This document shows, one piece after another, positions 20,341 to 32,394 of a stretch of 64,000 bases of DNA. The DNA comes from Malacoraja senta (taxonomy: Eukaryota): positions 9,860,001 to 9,924,000 of the forward strand of contig CM075988.1 of assembly GCA_038087875.1 (NCBI GenBank), given 5' to 3'. Under the pieces are notes generated by a model that saw only the letters and a program-made list of their open reading frames with translations, had not been told where the DNA came from and searched no databases. Position 1 is the stretch's first letter. Each line of letters begins with the position of its first letter. Both the position numbers and the translations under genes were made by a program.

Positions 20341-23300
20341 AATAGTAAGATTAAACGAGAACTTACCAGTTTGAAGTTTGATCTTTATTTTATGAGGAGT
20401 TACGTCGGTGATTACGCGAAGAAGACCCGTCAGGGCGCATGAGCGTCAATCTTCAAAGCAGCGGTATGAAATCACAGACAACACAATATTTGAAGTAACA
20501 TATTAAGATGAGCAACATGAGAACTACCATATGACCTTTTTTTATGAGAGAGGGTTGGGCGTGGCGGGCACGTAATCACCAACGTAACTCTCATAAAATA
20601 AAGATCAAACTTCAAACTGGTAAGTTCTCGTTTAATCTTACTATTTTACTTCGGAGTCACGTGAGTGACTACGTGAAGGGTTCAAAGCTCTGTGATTCTA
20701 TGCCGCAGATCCAAATCCCGGCCTCACTGCATTGATTGACCTTCGATGAGAAACAATCAATAATCCGTTAAACATGAAATGTGAATATCATGCAGTAACA
20801 ATTGATTTGAATAATCAAAACAAACAGTAACCCGTCTATCCCAGGGGAAACTAAACAGGACTTAATACTGAATTTGCAAACAACCTCTCTGCGATTGGCT
20901 TATGGTAAAAAAAATTAAATAATTCATTTGACCACCTGCCACCTATAAAAATATGGCCGCTGTGAACATCCATCGCTCTAGCCGATGACGTTGCTGCTGC
21001 ACTAGTGGAAAAAAGATATATACACTTCAGTGTTAATACCTGCCTTAATCAACATTTGCTTTAAACCACCTTGAGATAGTCTGCACTGACACTCTCCTAT
21101 GTGGCTTCATGTAACTGATAAACAATGCTGTTTCCACATTTCTTAAGGTCTTTATAGCTTCAATATAATGAAAATAAATGTGCCATCCCACATAAACATG
21201 GATCAGTAGGTTATGCTGAAACACAATTTTAACAAACCTGTGACACCTGGCCTGCTCTGCTTAAGCAGGATGCAATTATATAACATAACATTCTCTTCAG
21301 CAACTTCCATCCAGTCTAGCAGAAGTTTTTGCAAAATCTGCACTTGCTACGCTGAACCAATGCCAAGAGCATAACCACTTTCATGATTAGTTTGGCAAAT
21401 TCAGAGACATGACAGGAACCTACTTTCGAAGCATCTTGAAGACCACACTTACATCCCAAATCGCCATATACCTGGGTTTAGGAGGTTTAGAGTTGAAATT
21501 CCTTTCATCAATCCAGCTATGATATGATGAAACTCAATAGGATCTTTCCTGACCCCATCAAAACCATACGAGGACAAAGCACTTAAAGCTGTATTAATGG
21601 TGCTATAACTGAGCCCCTCATCATCGTAGAGTGTCAACAGGAACTCTAAAATATCCACAATACCTGCAGTACTATAGTCAATATTATTTTGTACACAATA
21701 TTGCTCCCATTTTTTATGTAAGTAATATACCCCTTTTGAGTACTCTTTCTCCAGGCTACAGTGAGCAAGTCCACCGTTCACCCAGCCAGTCCTTGCTCCA
21801 GGTATGGCCTTCTTAAAACCTGCAAATTAACAAGTCAATACTATCACATAACAGATTACTTACCCGTGTTAGCGGATGCTCCAGTCAATTCCTATGCTTG
21901 GGAACCACCAAAAAGAGGTTGGATCCCTAACTGTAACATCAAAGGGAACCATGCTTGATTCGGCCAATTAGGTATGACAAGCACCCCCAAAGTGGCATCC
22001 TGCTTGTTTTCTTGCAGACTCCGACCTATTAGGCAAAATGGTAGGAAAATATATAAAACATACCACCCCAATGTAACGTCAATGTAATATCAATTGTAAC
22101 TGCCACCTGGTCTGGTTCCCATGAAACCTATTTAGGCTGCTGATGGTTGAACCTTGATGCAAAACAAATCGATATCTGGCATTTATATATAAGTACTATA
22201 TTATTGAACACCTCCTGGTTCAACATCCAATCTATGTTGTCATGGAACTTTCCTGACTTGGCGTCTGCTACTATGTAGAATCTACCTGGTAGATAAATAG
22301 TTGAAATATATTTTTCAATGCACCAGGCCCAAATTTGATTAGCCAATCTGTCACATCTCAGGTTGCTGCCTACAGCAGCCGCCAGGACTAGCCATGCAAA
22401 TCGATGCTCTGTTGGTATCCTCCTTCCCCTAACAGGCTGCACGTGCTAGCGACTCCAAATCGTGCTCCTTCCCGATGCCAACGGCGTCTATAGGGAAGAA
22501 TTGGTGTGCCTCTGGCCCTCGTACATCAGACATAGTGGGAAATGCTGGAACAAAACTTAACAGTTATTTGTCATAGGCAAAGACATTTATGTGAATGAAG
22601 ACGCCCATCCCAGTTAAACCTGGGATTTATTTACTTTTAATATGAATAATCCGGCGTTTTGGGGGAAAAAACATGCACAGTCCCTTTAATGAGCAGAATT
22701 ACTATGACGCCACCTGCTGTAACTCCCACAGGTGACTGATAATACAGCTCAACAAGGCTTCCTATTTCCTTAATTGAGTAAATGATAATCATCTGTCTCG
22801 GTATGATAGTCACAATGTGACCAAGTGGTAACTATAATGTCTACCCTTTTGAACGCTTCCCAAAATTTGGTGGGCAGCACTGCCGGGATGCGTGAATTGT
22901 AAACCTAGACCTGAAACCTCCACAGAATTTGCAGAAAATGCTACTGCCATAGACACATAAGGGTGATAAAGCACTAATCTCACTTCCTGAGTTGGGACTC
23001 ATATGGGCTGCCAAAGTCGGGGTCCCTGCCTCAATGAGTCGTGTAGTAAACTATCTCGACCACCCCGACGACCACGCTCAGTCGGCATCCCGAACACCCT
23101 CGGGAGTCGCTGACCTTACTGTCAGCGACTTTAACAAGAGGTCCGACGGCCACCGGCTCCTCACTTTACCGCGGACCGTATCCGGTATCCCCGCGGTCTA
23201 GAGAAACCCTGCGGCCCATATTTAAATACATCTCGGGAGTCGCTGACCTGCCTGTCAGCGACTCAAAACAACGAGCCCAACAGCCACTTCTATCGTGACC

Positions 23301-23694
23301 GTAGCTTGCTTAACCCGCGGTCGACAAAACCCCACGGCCCGAATTAAACCTCGGGAGTCGCGGACCGTTCTGTCCGCGACTCAACCAGCAAAACCCACCG
23401 GCCGCCTGCTACCGCACTCCCGCAGTCCGAAGCCGGCATGCCCGCGGTCAACAATTTCCCCGCGGACCACCGGGTTATGCTGAATTCAATATCCAGCAGG
23501 AACCTGCGAAAAGAGATTCCTGCAACGGACAACCTGAAAAGTAAGTTTAAACTTACCTGCAGGATTTTTCAAACTTACCGCTGGAGAACTCTGTTCCTCC
23601 CAGCCTGTCTGCGCCAATGCGACCGACGTAATGACGCGCATGCGCCCTGACGGGTCTTCCTCACGTAGTCACTCACGTGACTCCGAAGTAAAAT
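20341..23694 (-). mobile_element. DIRS copy B, internally deleted (no RT), both termini and ICR present
   Basis: Right end AATAGTAAGATTAAACG at 20341, ICR 20569-20678, YR/MT/RNase H relics about 20870-22355, left ITR 23632-23694; no TSD beyond the shared AAT/ATT trinucleotide. Confidence 0.93.
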
Positions 23695-24159
23695 TAATAG
23701 TTTGCATTATCAACTGCCCCAATATTAAAATTATATAATATGTGGTCTTAACCTCTCTGAAAGCAGCTCTGTTGCACAAATATCCTAAATATTAATAAAA
23801 CCGAGTTAACCATCTTGTGATATTGATGCAATATTTCTTAAATTAGGTATCGTTCAAAATGAAATCATTTTAAAAATGATCTCATACAAATCTAGGCATT
23901 AAATCCAGATACCTTACGTGACTTAAAGCGTAGCAGTTAGTATTATACAATTAATAAAAATTATCACAAGATCCACACCTGCCACAAACCTAAATTACTC
24001 AGTTCATACTATCCCTTTTTTTTTAAATCCTATGTTTTTCTAAACAGTGGAAGTGTAATCATTTCAACATGAACATGTGGCTATTTTTTTTATATGTCTC
24101 CTGATTAAAGAGCAGTGGGAATTGTGTGTAAATGTTAAGTGACCGGCAAGACCAACAAT

Positions 24160-25310
24160 TATTTCTCATCTCCAATTGTCCTTGTGAAGCTCGTCGTGAG
24201 TCCCTTCAGTCCTCCTAGTGAAGGAGTTCTAAGTATTGGAACTTGGTGACAGTGAAGGATGTTGTGCAACACTGGAGGGGATCCCAAAGGGAGGGATGTT
24301 CTCATGCACCATGTCGTTCTTGGCAGTAAAGGTTGTGCAAAGCTTGTGTACTGTCAAAGTAGCCTGAGTAAGGAACGTCAGTGCGTTTTGTGGATGGCAC
24401 ATACTGCAGGCAACGGTGGTGGAAGGAAAGAATGTTTGGGATTGTTCATTGGGTATCAACCTAATGGGCTGATTTATCTTGGATGGTGTCAAGCTGTTTG
24501 AGAATTTTTGAGAAATCCATTATTTCCCTGACTTCCACCTCATGGATGGTAGAAAGTCTTTGGGGCTACAGGAGGTGAATCTCTTGCTGCAGGATACTTG
24601 GCTTCTAACCTACTATTGTAGTATGTTTTGTTTTATGTGGGTGGTTTACTTGTATTTCTGTTTAATATTGACCCGATAGCTGTTGATAATGGGTGGTGCG
24701 GGAAGGAGGTTGGTTGTTGATGTCAAGAGCATGGCACGGTGGTGCAGAGATAGGGTTACTGTCTTACAGCGCTTTCAGTGCCGTACGATCCCGACTACGG
24801 GTGCTGTCTGTACGGAGTTTGTACGTTCTCCCCGTGACCTGCGTGGGTTTTCTCCGAGATCTTTGGTCTCCTCCCACACTCCAAAGACGTACAGGTATGT
24901 AGGTTAATTGGCTTGGTAAATGGAAAAATTGTCCCTAGTGTGTGTAGGATAGTGTTAATATGCAGGGATCACTGGTCGGCACGGAACCGATGGGCCGAAG
25001 GGCCTGTCTCCGCACTGGTGTCTCTAATCTAAAGTAAACCAAGGTAGATGGTGAGGAGGCTCCCTTTTACTGGAGGTGTTCATAGTCTGTACTTCCATGG
25101 TGCCAATGTTTCTTGCCGATGATCACCCCATGCCCGCATATAGTCAAGGTCATGCTGCAGTCTGTTTTGTCATGTAAGGAGTCGCTGGTGGAATTAAATA
25201 TTGTGTAACTTCAATGAACTTTCCCACTTTTGACAAGGTCATTGATCAAGCAGCTTAATGTGGTTCAGCCCAAGACACTGCCCAAAATGATGCCCTAGGG
25301 CTGGAATGAA
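24160..25310 (-). mobile_element. Old CR1-group (Crack/L2B-like) LINE relic interrupted by an HE1 SINE
   Basis: Minus-strand remnants resembling RLSTIHEVEVR..M.FS and LDTIQDKSA; heavily decayed. Confidence 0.5.
24731..25040 (+). mobile_element. HE1 / V-SINE (tRNA-derived head, CR1-derived tail)
   Basis: A/B-box-like head, central TGTACGGAGTTTGTACGTTCTCCCCGTGAC...CCTCCCACACTCCAAAGAC, tail GGGCCGAAGGGCCTG..(CTAAA)n. Confidence 0.88.
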
Positions 25311-25446
25311 TGAGCTTTGTGTTACAAGGGAACAGGTTCAAGTATCTGACTCATAGAACACTAAAAGGCTCACTGGTCTGTTCACTTACAAATCTGTTTT
25401 ATTGTCAAAAGTGGACAAAAATAATACTTGTCTTGGTGTTTGTTTA

Positions 25447-25862
25447 CTCTCTCTCTCTCTCTCTTCCTCTCTCTCTCTCCCCCTCTCTCCCTCCCTCCCC
25501 CCCTCCCTCTCTCCCTCCCCCTCCCTCTCTCCCTCCCCCCTCCCTCTCTCCCTCCCTCTCCCTCTCTCCCTCCCTCTCTCCCTCCCCCTCCCTCTCTCCC
25601 TCCCTCCCTCTCTCCCTCCCTCTCTCCCTCCCTCTCCCTCTCCCTCTCCCTCTCCTCTCCCTCTCCCTCTCCCTCTCCCTCTCCCTCTCCCTCTCCCTCC
25701 CTCCCTCTCCCTCTCCCTCCCTCTCTCCCTCTCTCCCTCCCCCTCTCCCTCCCCCTCTCCCTCTCCCTCTCCCTCTCCCTCTCCTTCTCCCTCCCTCTCT
25801 CCCTCTCCCTCCCTCTCCCTCTCCCTCTCCCTCTCCCCCTCTCTCTCTCTCTCTCTCTCTCC
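25447..25862 (+). repeat. Pure C/T homopyrimidine low-complexity tract (about 415 bp)
   Basis: (CT)n, (CCCT)n and (CTCTCC)n mixture. Confidence 0.98.
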
Positions 25863-25865
25863 ACA

Positions 25866-27253
25866 TTGATCTTATATTTTACAAGTTATTGCCATTATAA
25901 ACTTTGAAAACATCGCAGTTGCGCTCCCACTTTCCGGCCGCGCCTGCGCAGTTGGTGGCTTTGGGTATGTGATGGAATATTGCGTTGGGGGAACGGGCCC
26001 AACAGGTCTGCACTTGGTCTGGTATATTACTAAAACTCTCTGTTTGATTGTTCGTTTGTTTGCGTGCGTGTGCGTGATATTTCAAAACCCCGCCAAAACG
26101 GTACTCAATAGCACTACAATTTTTGCCCGTCAGCCCCATTCGACATCACAATGGCGTCACAGTGGGATCCCGAATCCAATTTATATTAAAAATCGCGATT
26201 TCCAAAAAAGCTCTGTTTTAATCAAATACTTCCGTTTTCATTCACGATGACTTCACAATGCGATCCCAAATTTCATTTACATTAAAAAAAATCGCGATTT
26301 TCAAAAAAAAGTTTAAATCAAATCTTCCATTTTCATTGATAGCTAACATTGTGTTTAGGTTATTTTAAAGAAAAAAACACGATTTTCATTGAGAATTCGA
26401 TTTTAAACATACATTGAGATATTCATTGTGTGGGGGGGGGGGGGGGGTGGAATGGGGGAGGTGAGGATTGGGTAGAGGGACAGGAGGGGGGTAGGGAGGG
26501 AGAGGTAGGGAAAAGCGGGGGAGGTGAGGAGGGAGAGTGGGGGATGAGGGGGATAGAGGGAGAGGAGGGGGGGAGTGGGGGAGATAGTGAGTGGGGGATA
26601 GAGGGAGAGGAGGGCAGTGGGGGAGGTGAGGAGGGAGAGTGGGGGCTGGGATTGCGGGGAGGAGTGTGGGACCAGGGGGATAGAGGGAGAGAAGGGGGGT
26701 AGGGAGGGGGGAGGGGGGAGGGAGTGACTGAGGGTAGGGAAGGGAGAGGGAGGGAGAGGTGAGGGGAGGAGGAGACGGGAAAGAAGGAGGGTGAAGAAGA
26801 GGGGGAGGGAGTGCTGGGGGCTGAGGGGGAATGGAGGAGGATAGGGGTGGGAAGAGAGATGGCGAGGTAATGGATGAGGAGAGGGGAAGAGGATGGAGGG
26901 AAGGGAGGAGGTGAGGGGAGGAAGCAGAGGAGGGTTAGTGAAGGGTGGGGAGAGGGAGGATAATGGAAGAGGGGAATAAGGGATTGACGAGGGAGAGTGA
27001 GATATATGTGTTCATTTGATCTTATATTTTACAGGTTATTGCTATTTTGAACTTTAAAAACGTTGCAGTCGCGCTCCCACTTGCTGGCCGCGCCTGCGCA
27101 GTTGGGGAAGGGTTGCCGTCACTCGCGTCACAACGGGGATCTCTGGCGTCTTAACGGGAACCCGTCAGCCACACCTGCGCAGTTGGGGGCTATGGGTCAG
27201 TGGTGGAATATTGTCTTGGCGGACGGGTCCAATGGGTTTGCGCCTGGTCTGGT
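25866..27253 (+). mobile_element. Probable non-autonomous Helitron-like element in head-to-tail tandem
   Basis: 3' block duplicated at 25866-26023 and 27016-27253, each ending in a GC hairpin followed by CTGG|T (CTRR); second unit starts ATATTACTAAAACTCTC with (GTTT)n/(GCGT)n microsatellite. Confidence 0.55.
26430..27000 (+). repeat. G/A-rich purine tract with many G3+ runs
   Basis: GGGGAGGGAGAGG-type low complexity inside the putative Helitron unit. Confidence 0.95.
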
Positions 27254-28009
27254 GTATTTATAAAATCTAGTAGGAAAGAGATTGAACAAATTTGCTTTAT
27301 TGACTCTTTATGCTTTCCAGGTAAAGATGAGAACACAGAGAATGAAATGTGCATGAATATTTCTTCAAAGTACTGAATATATTTTTCAGCTTTTCTATAT
27401 CACACAGCAGGCATTATATGTTTTCCATATTTTACTCTCTCACGTAGAAAGATTTAAGCAGGAGAGAGTTTTACTGAAAGTATCTTGAGATTACTTTAAG
27501 TTTTTAAACATTCAAAGCTTATCTATGTTCACTTCCAATGTAGTTATCTGTTAGTGAAACCTGCCATTATAATTAAAGATCGAATAGCATTTTGTGTCTC
27601 AGAGGATGTTCTTGTATCTGCAGGCACAGTGAGCATCTATTTGAACTGACAGAAAATGAATGGTAAATCTACTGTTTAAATATTTAAATGACCGTTATGA
27701 AGTTGAAATTTGTATTAAAATATTCAAAGGCAAAACTACTAATGTAATCTGTAACAATAGAATCCTGGTCAATCCAGATTTTTTTGAACAAATTGCTGTG
27801 GGGTTGACGTGTGTGTGTGTTTCCACTGCTGAATACTGCTCCATTCACTTGAGGAGCAATTCCCTAAGCCGTGGGATCACACTAACTATTGTGTCAGAAT
27901 ATCGAGATGCTCTCTTGTACAGGAAGACTCGAGGGCCTCACCAGAGCAGTTTGTTGATCCTTCCAATGGAAAATGTCGCAACATATCATCTGTCTGTAGT
28001 CCGTGTCTG

Positions 28010-28620
28010 GTTTCATTCATTCATCGTTCATCATCGTTGAAAAAATTAGCGACGCAGTGGTGCTGGTTTCCTACGGGCACGGTGAGGGACGCACTACACA
28101 TCTCTGTCCCCCATGCAGCTGGCAAGCTCCTCTTTTGTCTCTACACATGCGTAATCCATCAACGTATTCAGCATCGTCTTGATCGTCCGTCCCGGGTCAG
28201 GTCTTCCATTGGTGGGTTCCCTCAGCACAACTTTGTCTGCTGGCATTTCTGCGTGGCCGTGCCAATGAACCAGCGAGCCTCATCCTTCTCCACTTGATCA
28301 TCTCGGTCAGAGGTGGAATCTCCCCTTAGAGCAAGGTGTGGGTGATGTGGTCCCTCCAACTGACATTTTGAACTTTTGTGAGCATTCGGGTGTAGGTACC
28401 ATGTAGGTACCACTTGGACAGTGCTCGAGTGAGAGTCCATGCCTCACACCCGTACAATAATATGGTCTCTACAGTTGCATGGAAGAATCTCAGTTTGAGA
28501 CCCTTAGACATCCGAGACGTTCAGATTTTCCCCATGTTATTGAGGTCTTTCCATGCGAGCGCTTTCCGGACCTTGATGTAATTCTCCGAACTCTGCATCC
28601 TCGCTGATACCCATTCTGTC
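28010..28620 (-). mobile_element. RTE-group LINE 3' fragment
   Basis: LKLRFFHATVETILLYGCEAWTLT...GTYTRML..VQNVSWRDHIT (ORF 28326-28511); (TGAA)n-like tail near 28013-28035. Confidence 0.75.
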
Positions 28621-28632
28621 ATTGTACTTTGT

Positions 28633-28845
28633 GTAAGAAGGAACTGCAGATGCTGGTTTACACCAAAGATAGACACAAAATGCCGGAGTAACTCAGCGGG
28701 ACAGGCAGCATCTCTGGATGGAAGGAATGGGTGACGTTTTGGGTCGAGTCTGAAGAACGGCCTCATCCTGAAACTTCACCCATTCCTTCTATTCAGGGAT
28801 GCTGCTTGTCCCACTGTGTAACCCCAGCATTTTGTGCCTATCTGC
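28633..28845. mobile_element. Palindromic Penelope-derived mini-element
   Basis: Inverted termini joined at TTTGGGTCGAGTCTGAAGAAC. Confidence 0.8.
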
Positions 28846-30069
28846 CATTTTACTCTTGATTCAATGGATGATCTGTCTTTGCCCTGACTTTCTGTGTAAT
28901 ACAGGCATACAGCAGCACCTCTCAGAAACAAGCCATTCGCTAAACCTTGGGTTTTTCTTGTGGAGACAAGGAACTGCAAATGCTGGATTTGTAAAGAAAA
29001 ACAAAGTGCCAGAGTAATTCAGCAAAACAGGCAGCATTTGTGGAGGGAATGAATTGGCAACGTTTCCGGTCAGGAGCTTTCTTCAAACTGATTGGAATGG
29101 GGAGGAGAAAGCTGGAAAAAATGTGAGGGCCTCCAGTTTCCTACAGACTTCACACATTTCTCCCACTATCCTATCCCCCTCTCGACCCTGTCTCCCTCTC
29201 TCTCTCTGGTTTTATTTTCACTCCTCTTCTCTCATTAGCTGACACCTTTTTTTCTCCTTTTCACCTCTAGTCTTTGTGACTTACTCTACTCAAATGCCAT
29301 GCAATCCCCCCACTTTACAGGTTAAAGAACAATTCTAATCACCTGCGCACAAAATCCATATCGATTCTTTTAATTTATTGTAACGCAATAATTTCTCACC
29401 ATGTGTGGCCTCATTATATTGGGCAGAATGAGTAACCAATTTGTAGAAGGTTGGTGTGCCTGGTTCTTCAACTACCCATCCTCACCACACTCTGTCCCTG
29501 TCGTGCTACATTGCCACACATTTCTGGTCAACCTCAACGGAAGCTTGGGAAACAGCCCTTCATCTTTTGATTAAACGCATTACTATCTTTTCAATTCAGT
29601 TTCAGATCATCTGCCATTCCAGCTTATTGTCTCGCATCCCCTTAATGCATTTTATTCTTCTTTCTTGGATAATTTCAGCTTTGATTTTCCTCTCCTTAAT
29701 TACACTTTCTCCAGCCATTTCCTGTCACTCATTGGCCTCCCCCTTTCTCTTTCAGCTTGCCCCGTGACCCAATGTGCTAGTCAATTACTCCTGACTTCCA
29801 TCCTGTCCTGGACCTTTGCTTATCTCTAACCCTCGACCCTTTCTCTACAACTTAAAACGTTCAATTCTAATGGAAGGTCATCGACCTGAAAAGTTAACTC
29901 TCTTGCTTTTCCTGTGGAGGCTGCTCTTTCCACCATTTCCTGACCTTATTAAACCATTAAGTTACCAGCAGTGGCTCAGTAGTTGCATCCATGCCACTAC
30001 GAGCCTACTGAAAGGTTACAGGTTAAAGAACATTTCTAATCACCTGCGCACAAAATCCATACCGACTCA

Positions 30070-30380
30070 TTATTGAACACTGAGAGAGCGGAGGGTTGCT
30101 TCAGACATGCTGTCTTTTGGTTGAATTATTTAACCAAAGCATATACGCAGAAGTCAGCTCCACAACATTCAAAATAGATTTGCTCTGATATCCCCATCAA
30201 CATTGACTTAGCAACCAACATTACTAAACCAGATTATTCTGCAATCTGTATCAATGCTGTATATGAACAACTTATTGTCCACAATTTGTCTGCCATACTT
30301 TTCATCAGTGACTAAACTTTAAACAGCACTTTGATTGAGAACTTGAAGCTGCCTTTACCTACAAGATTTATTTATTTGTA
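30070..30380 (+). mobile_element. Ancient Deu-domain SINE (SacSINE1/AmnSINE1-like) relic
   Basis: CAACCAACATTACTAAACCAGATTAT...AATGCTGT...CACAATTTGTCTGCC...CAGTGACTAAACTTTAAA resembles the Deu core from memory; not aligned. Confidence 0.55.
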
Positions 30381-30786
30381 TGTAGCAGTCTCACTGATGG
30401 ACATCCGTTTGGCATTCTTTTTATTATTCAGTTTCCTCTGTTTAACTGGCACTTGACATCTCTAAAATGGCTTTACAAATTGTTGTAAGTTTTCTCTTGC
30501 AAGCGTCAAGCGCCGCTAAGAGCTGTCACTTCAATATAAAAGAGATTGTTATTAGCATTTGTAGCAGCCGGATCCCTAACTTTTAAATATGACATTTACT
30601 GAACAAAAAACTGAGCGGTGCAAAATAAGAGTCATCTCTCTGCGTGCTTTAGCAACCATTTGTATCTGAATCTAATGGCAGGTTGAAGCTTCTATTAAAG
30701 CTTGTGCAGTTGTTGATGTGCCTGCAATTGTTCTGGGCAAAGTTTAAAGATGTGCAAGATAGTTTTTTGCAAGCACGCGTGATAGG

Positions 30787-31534
30787 CAGGCACGGAAATC
30801 GCTATCAAAATATGGAGGGGACCGGGGGACAGGGGGGACACAATTTCTTGGCGGCCGCGCACGCATGCGCACACTCACACATGCGAGGCTTCGGAGGCTC
30901 TGTCCAGCGCTAAACCCAGCTCAACTCTGCCTGTCTCGCCGGGTTAACCTACAGCCATGCCTGGACTGACGGGACACCAGCGCTGCTTCTCCGCGCTGGC
31001 TGTAAACCTGGGCCATATTTCCCGCAAGTCCAGGCAGGGTTGTAGGTTAACCTGGAGGGACAGGCAGAGTTGAGCTGGGTTTAGCGCTGCTTCTCTGCGC
31101 TGGCTGTGGGCCTGGGGGTACAGCTCCTGTCTGACCCCAACATCTCTGGCCACCTGGGGGGGGGGGCACTCGGGTGGGGGCAGGACAGTGCCGGAGACCC
31201 GGGATCGATCCTGGCTGCGGATGAGGCACAGGTCTGTGCCACGTCTCCCTCCAATCACCGCACTCTATCCTCAGTCCCACCCCCCCCACTCCTCCCTCCT
31301 CCAATGATCATGCTGAATCATCATGTCCCGCCCCCATTGCCTGCTGACCGACGTCTCTCTCTTCCAATCGGCGCTCTCGATCATCAGTCCCACCCCCACT
31401 GTCCCGTGGAGATGTCACCGGGTTTTAAAATCCGGATTATAAAAACTTGGGGGGGGACTGTCCCCCACCTCTCAAAACAGGGGGGGGGGGCATGTCCCAC
31501 CTGCCCCCCCCCCCCCCCGGGATTTCCGCCCCTG
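30787..31534. mobile_element. Non-autonomous hAT-like DNA transposon
   Basis: TIRs CAGGCACGGAAATC / GATTTCCGCCCCTG (12 of 14 match); imperfect TSD GTGATAGG / G-GATAGG; GGGGGACA subterminal motifs at both ends. Confidence 0.75.
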
Positions 31535-31894
31535 GGATAGGTACCTGGAGCGTGCTGCCAGGGGTTCAGATTTAATAGTGGCATTTAACAGGTGTACAGA
31601 TAGGCACATAGATTGCAGGGAATGGAGGGATATGGATCATGTGCAGGCAGAAGTGAATTGTTTAACTTGGCATCTGTTTGGCGCAGACATTGAGGGACGA
31701 AGGGCCTGTTCGTGCCTTATACTGTTCTATGCTCTCTATGACTATGCCTCATCTATGTCTATGACCATGCCTATGTCTATGACTATGTCTATGTCTGTGT
31801 CTATGACTATGCAATGGGAGCAATTTAATTCACTTCACTTACATTGGAGCATCAAAAAGGACAGCCATGCACAAACCACTGAAGTGAACTGTGT

Positions 31895-32105
31895 TATAAT
31901 AATAATAATAATAATACATTTTATTTATGGGCGCCTTTCAAAAGTCTCAAGGACACCTTACAAAGTTTAACAAATAGTGTAGAAACATGTAAGCGGAATG
32001 AAATAAATAGCAAAGACATCACCAGTACACAAATTAAAGATAGAATTAAATCCAAAAACAAAAATCAAAAACACAATATGGAAGAGAGAGCAGCGGCTGC
32101 TAAAG
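31895..32105 (-). mobile_element. L2 LINE 3' tail
   Basis: Minus strand GTAAGGTGTCCTTGAG...AAAGGCGCCCATAAATAAAATG(TAT)n. Confidence 0.7.
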
Positions 32106-32394
32106 TTGTTACACTTAAGTTGTTACCCCCCCCCACTGCAATTCCTTCAGCATAGTTGATTCTAAAATGTGTATCTGGGCACACTAGACCAATGTTCGTT
32201 GCAAATGAGTTTCCACCCCACAGCCTGAAATATCAATGTAGATGAGATAAAAAGAAACACAGTCACATGGATTCTGTTGGAAGGTGTCCACTGCGTTTGA
32301 TGTGAATTTTAGTGATAATGTATCAAAAATGTGTGTTCCACCAAATTATATTTGTAGTAATTGTTCAGGTTGTTCACAGTGTCCTGGGCCTCCT

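Noticed and set aside
25310..25907. Five overlapping Pro/Ser/Leu- or Glu/Arg/Gly-rich ORFs
   Set aside because: Artefacts of a C/T tract that lacks stop codons in all frames
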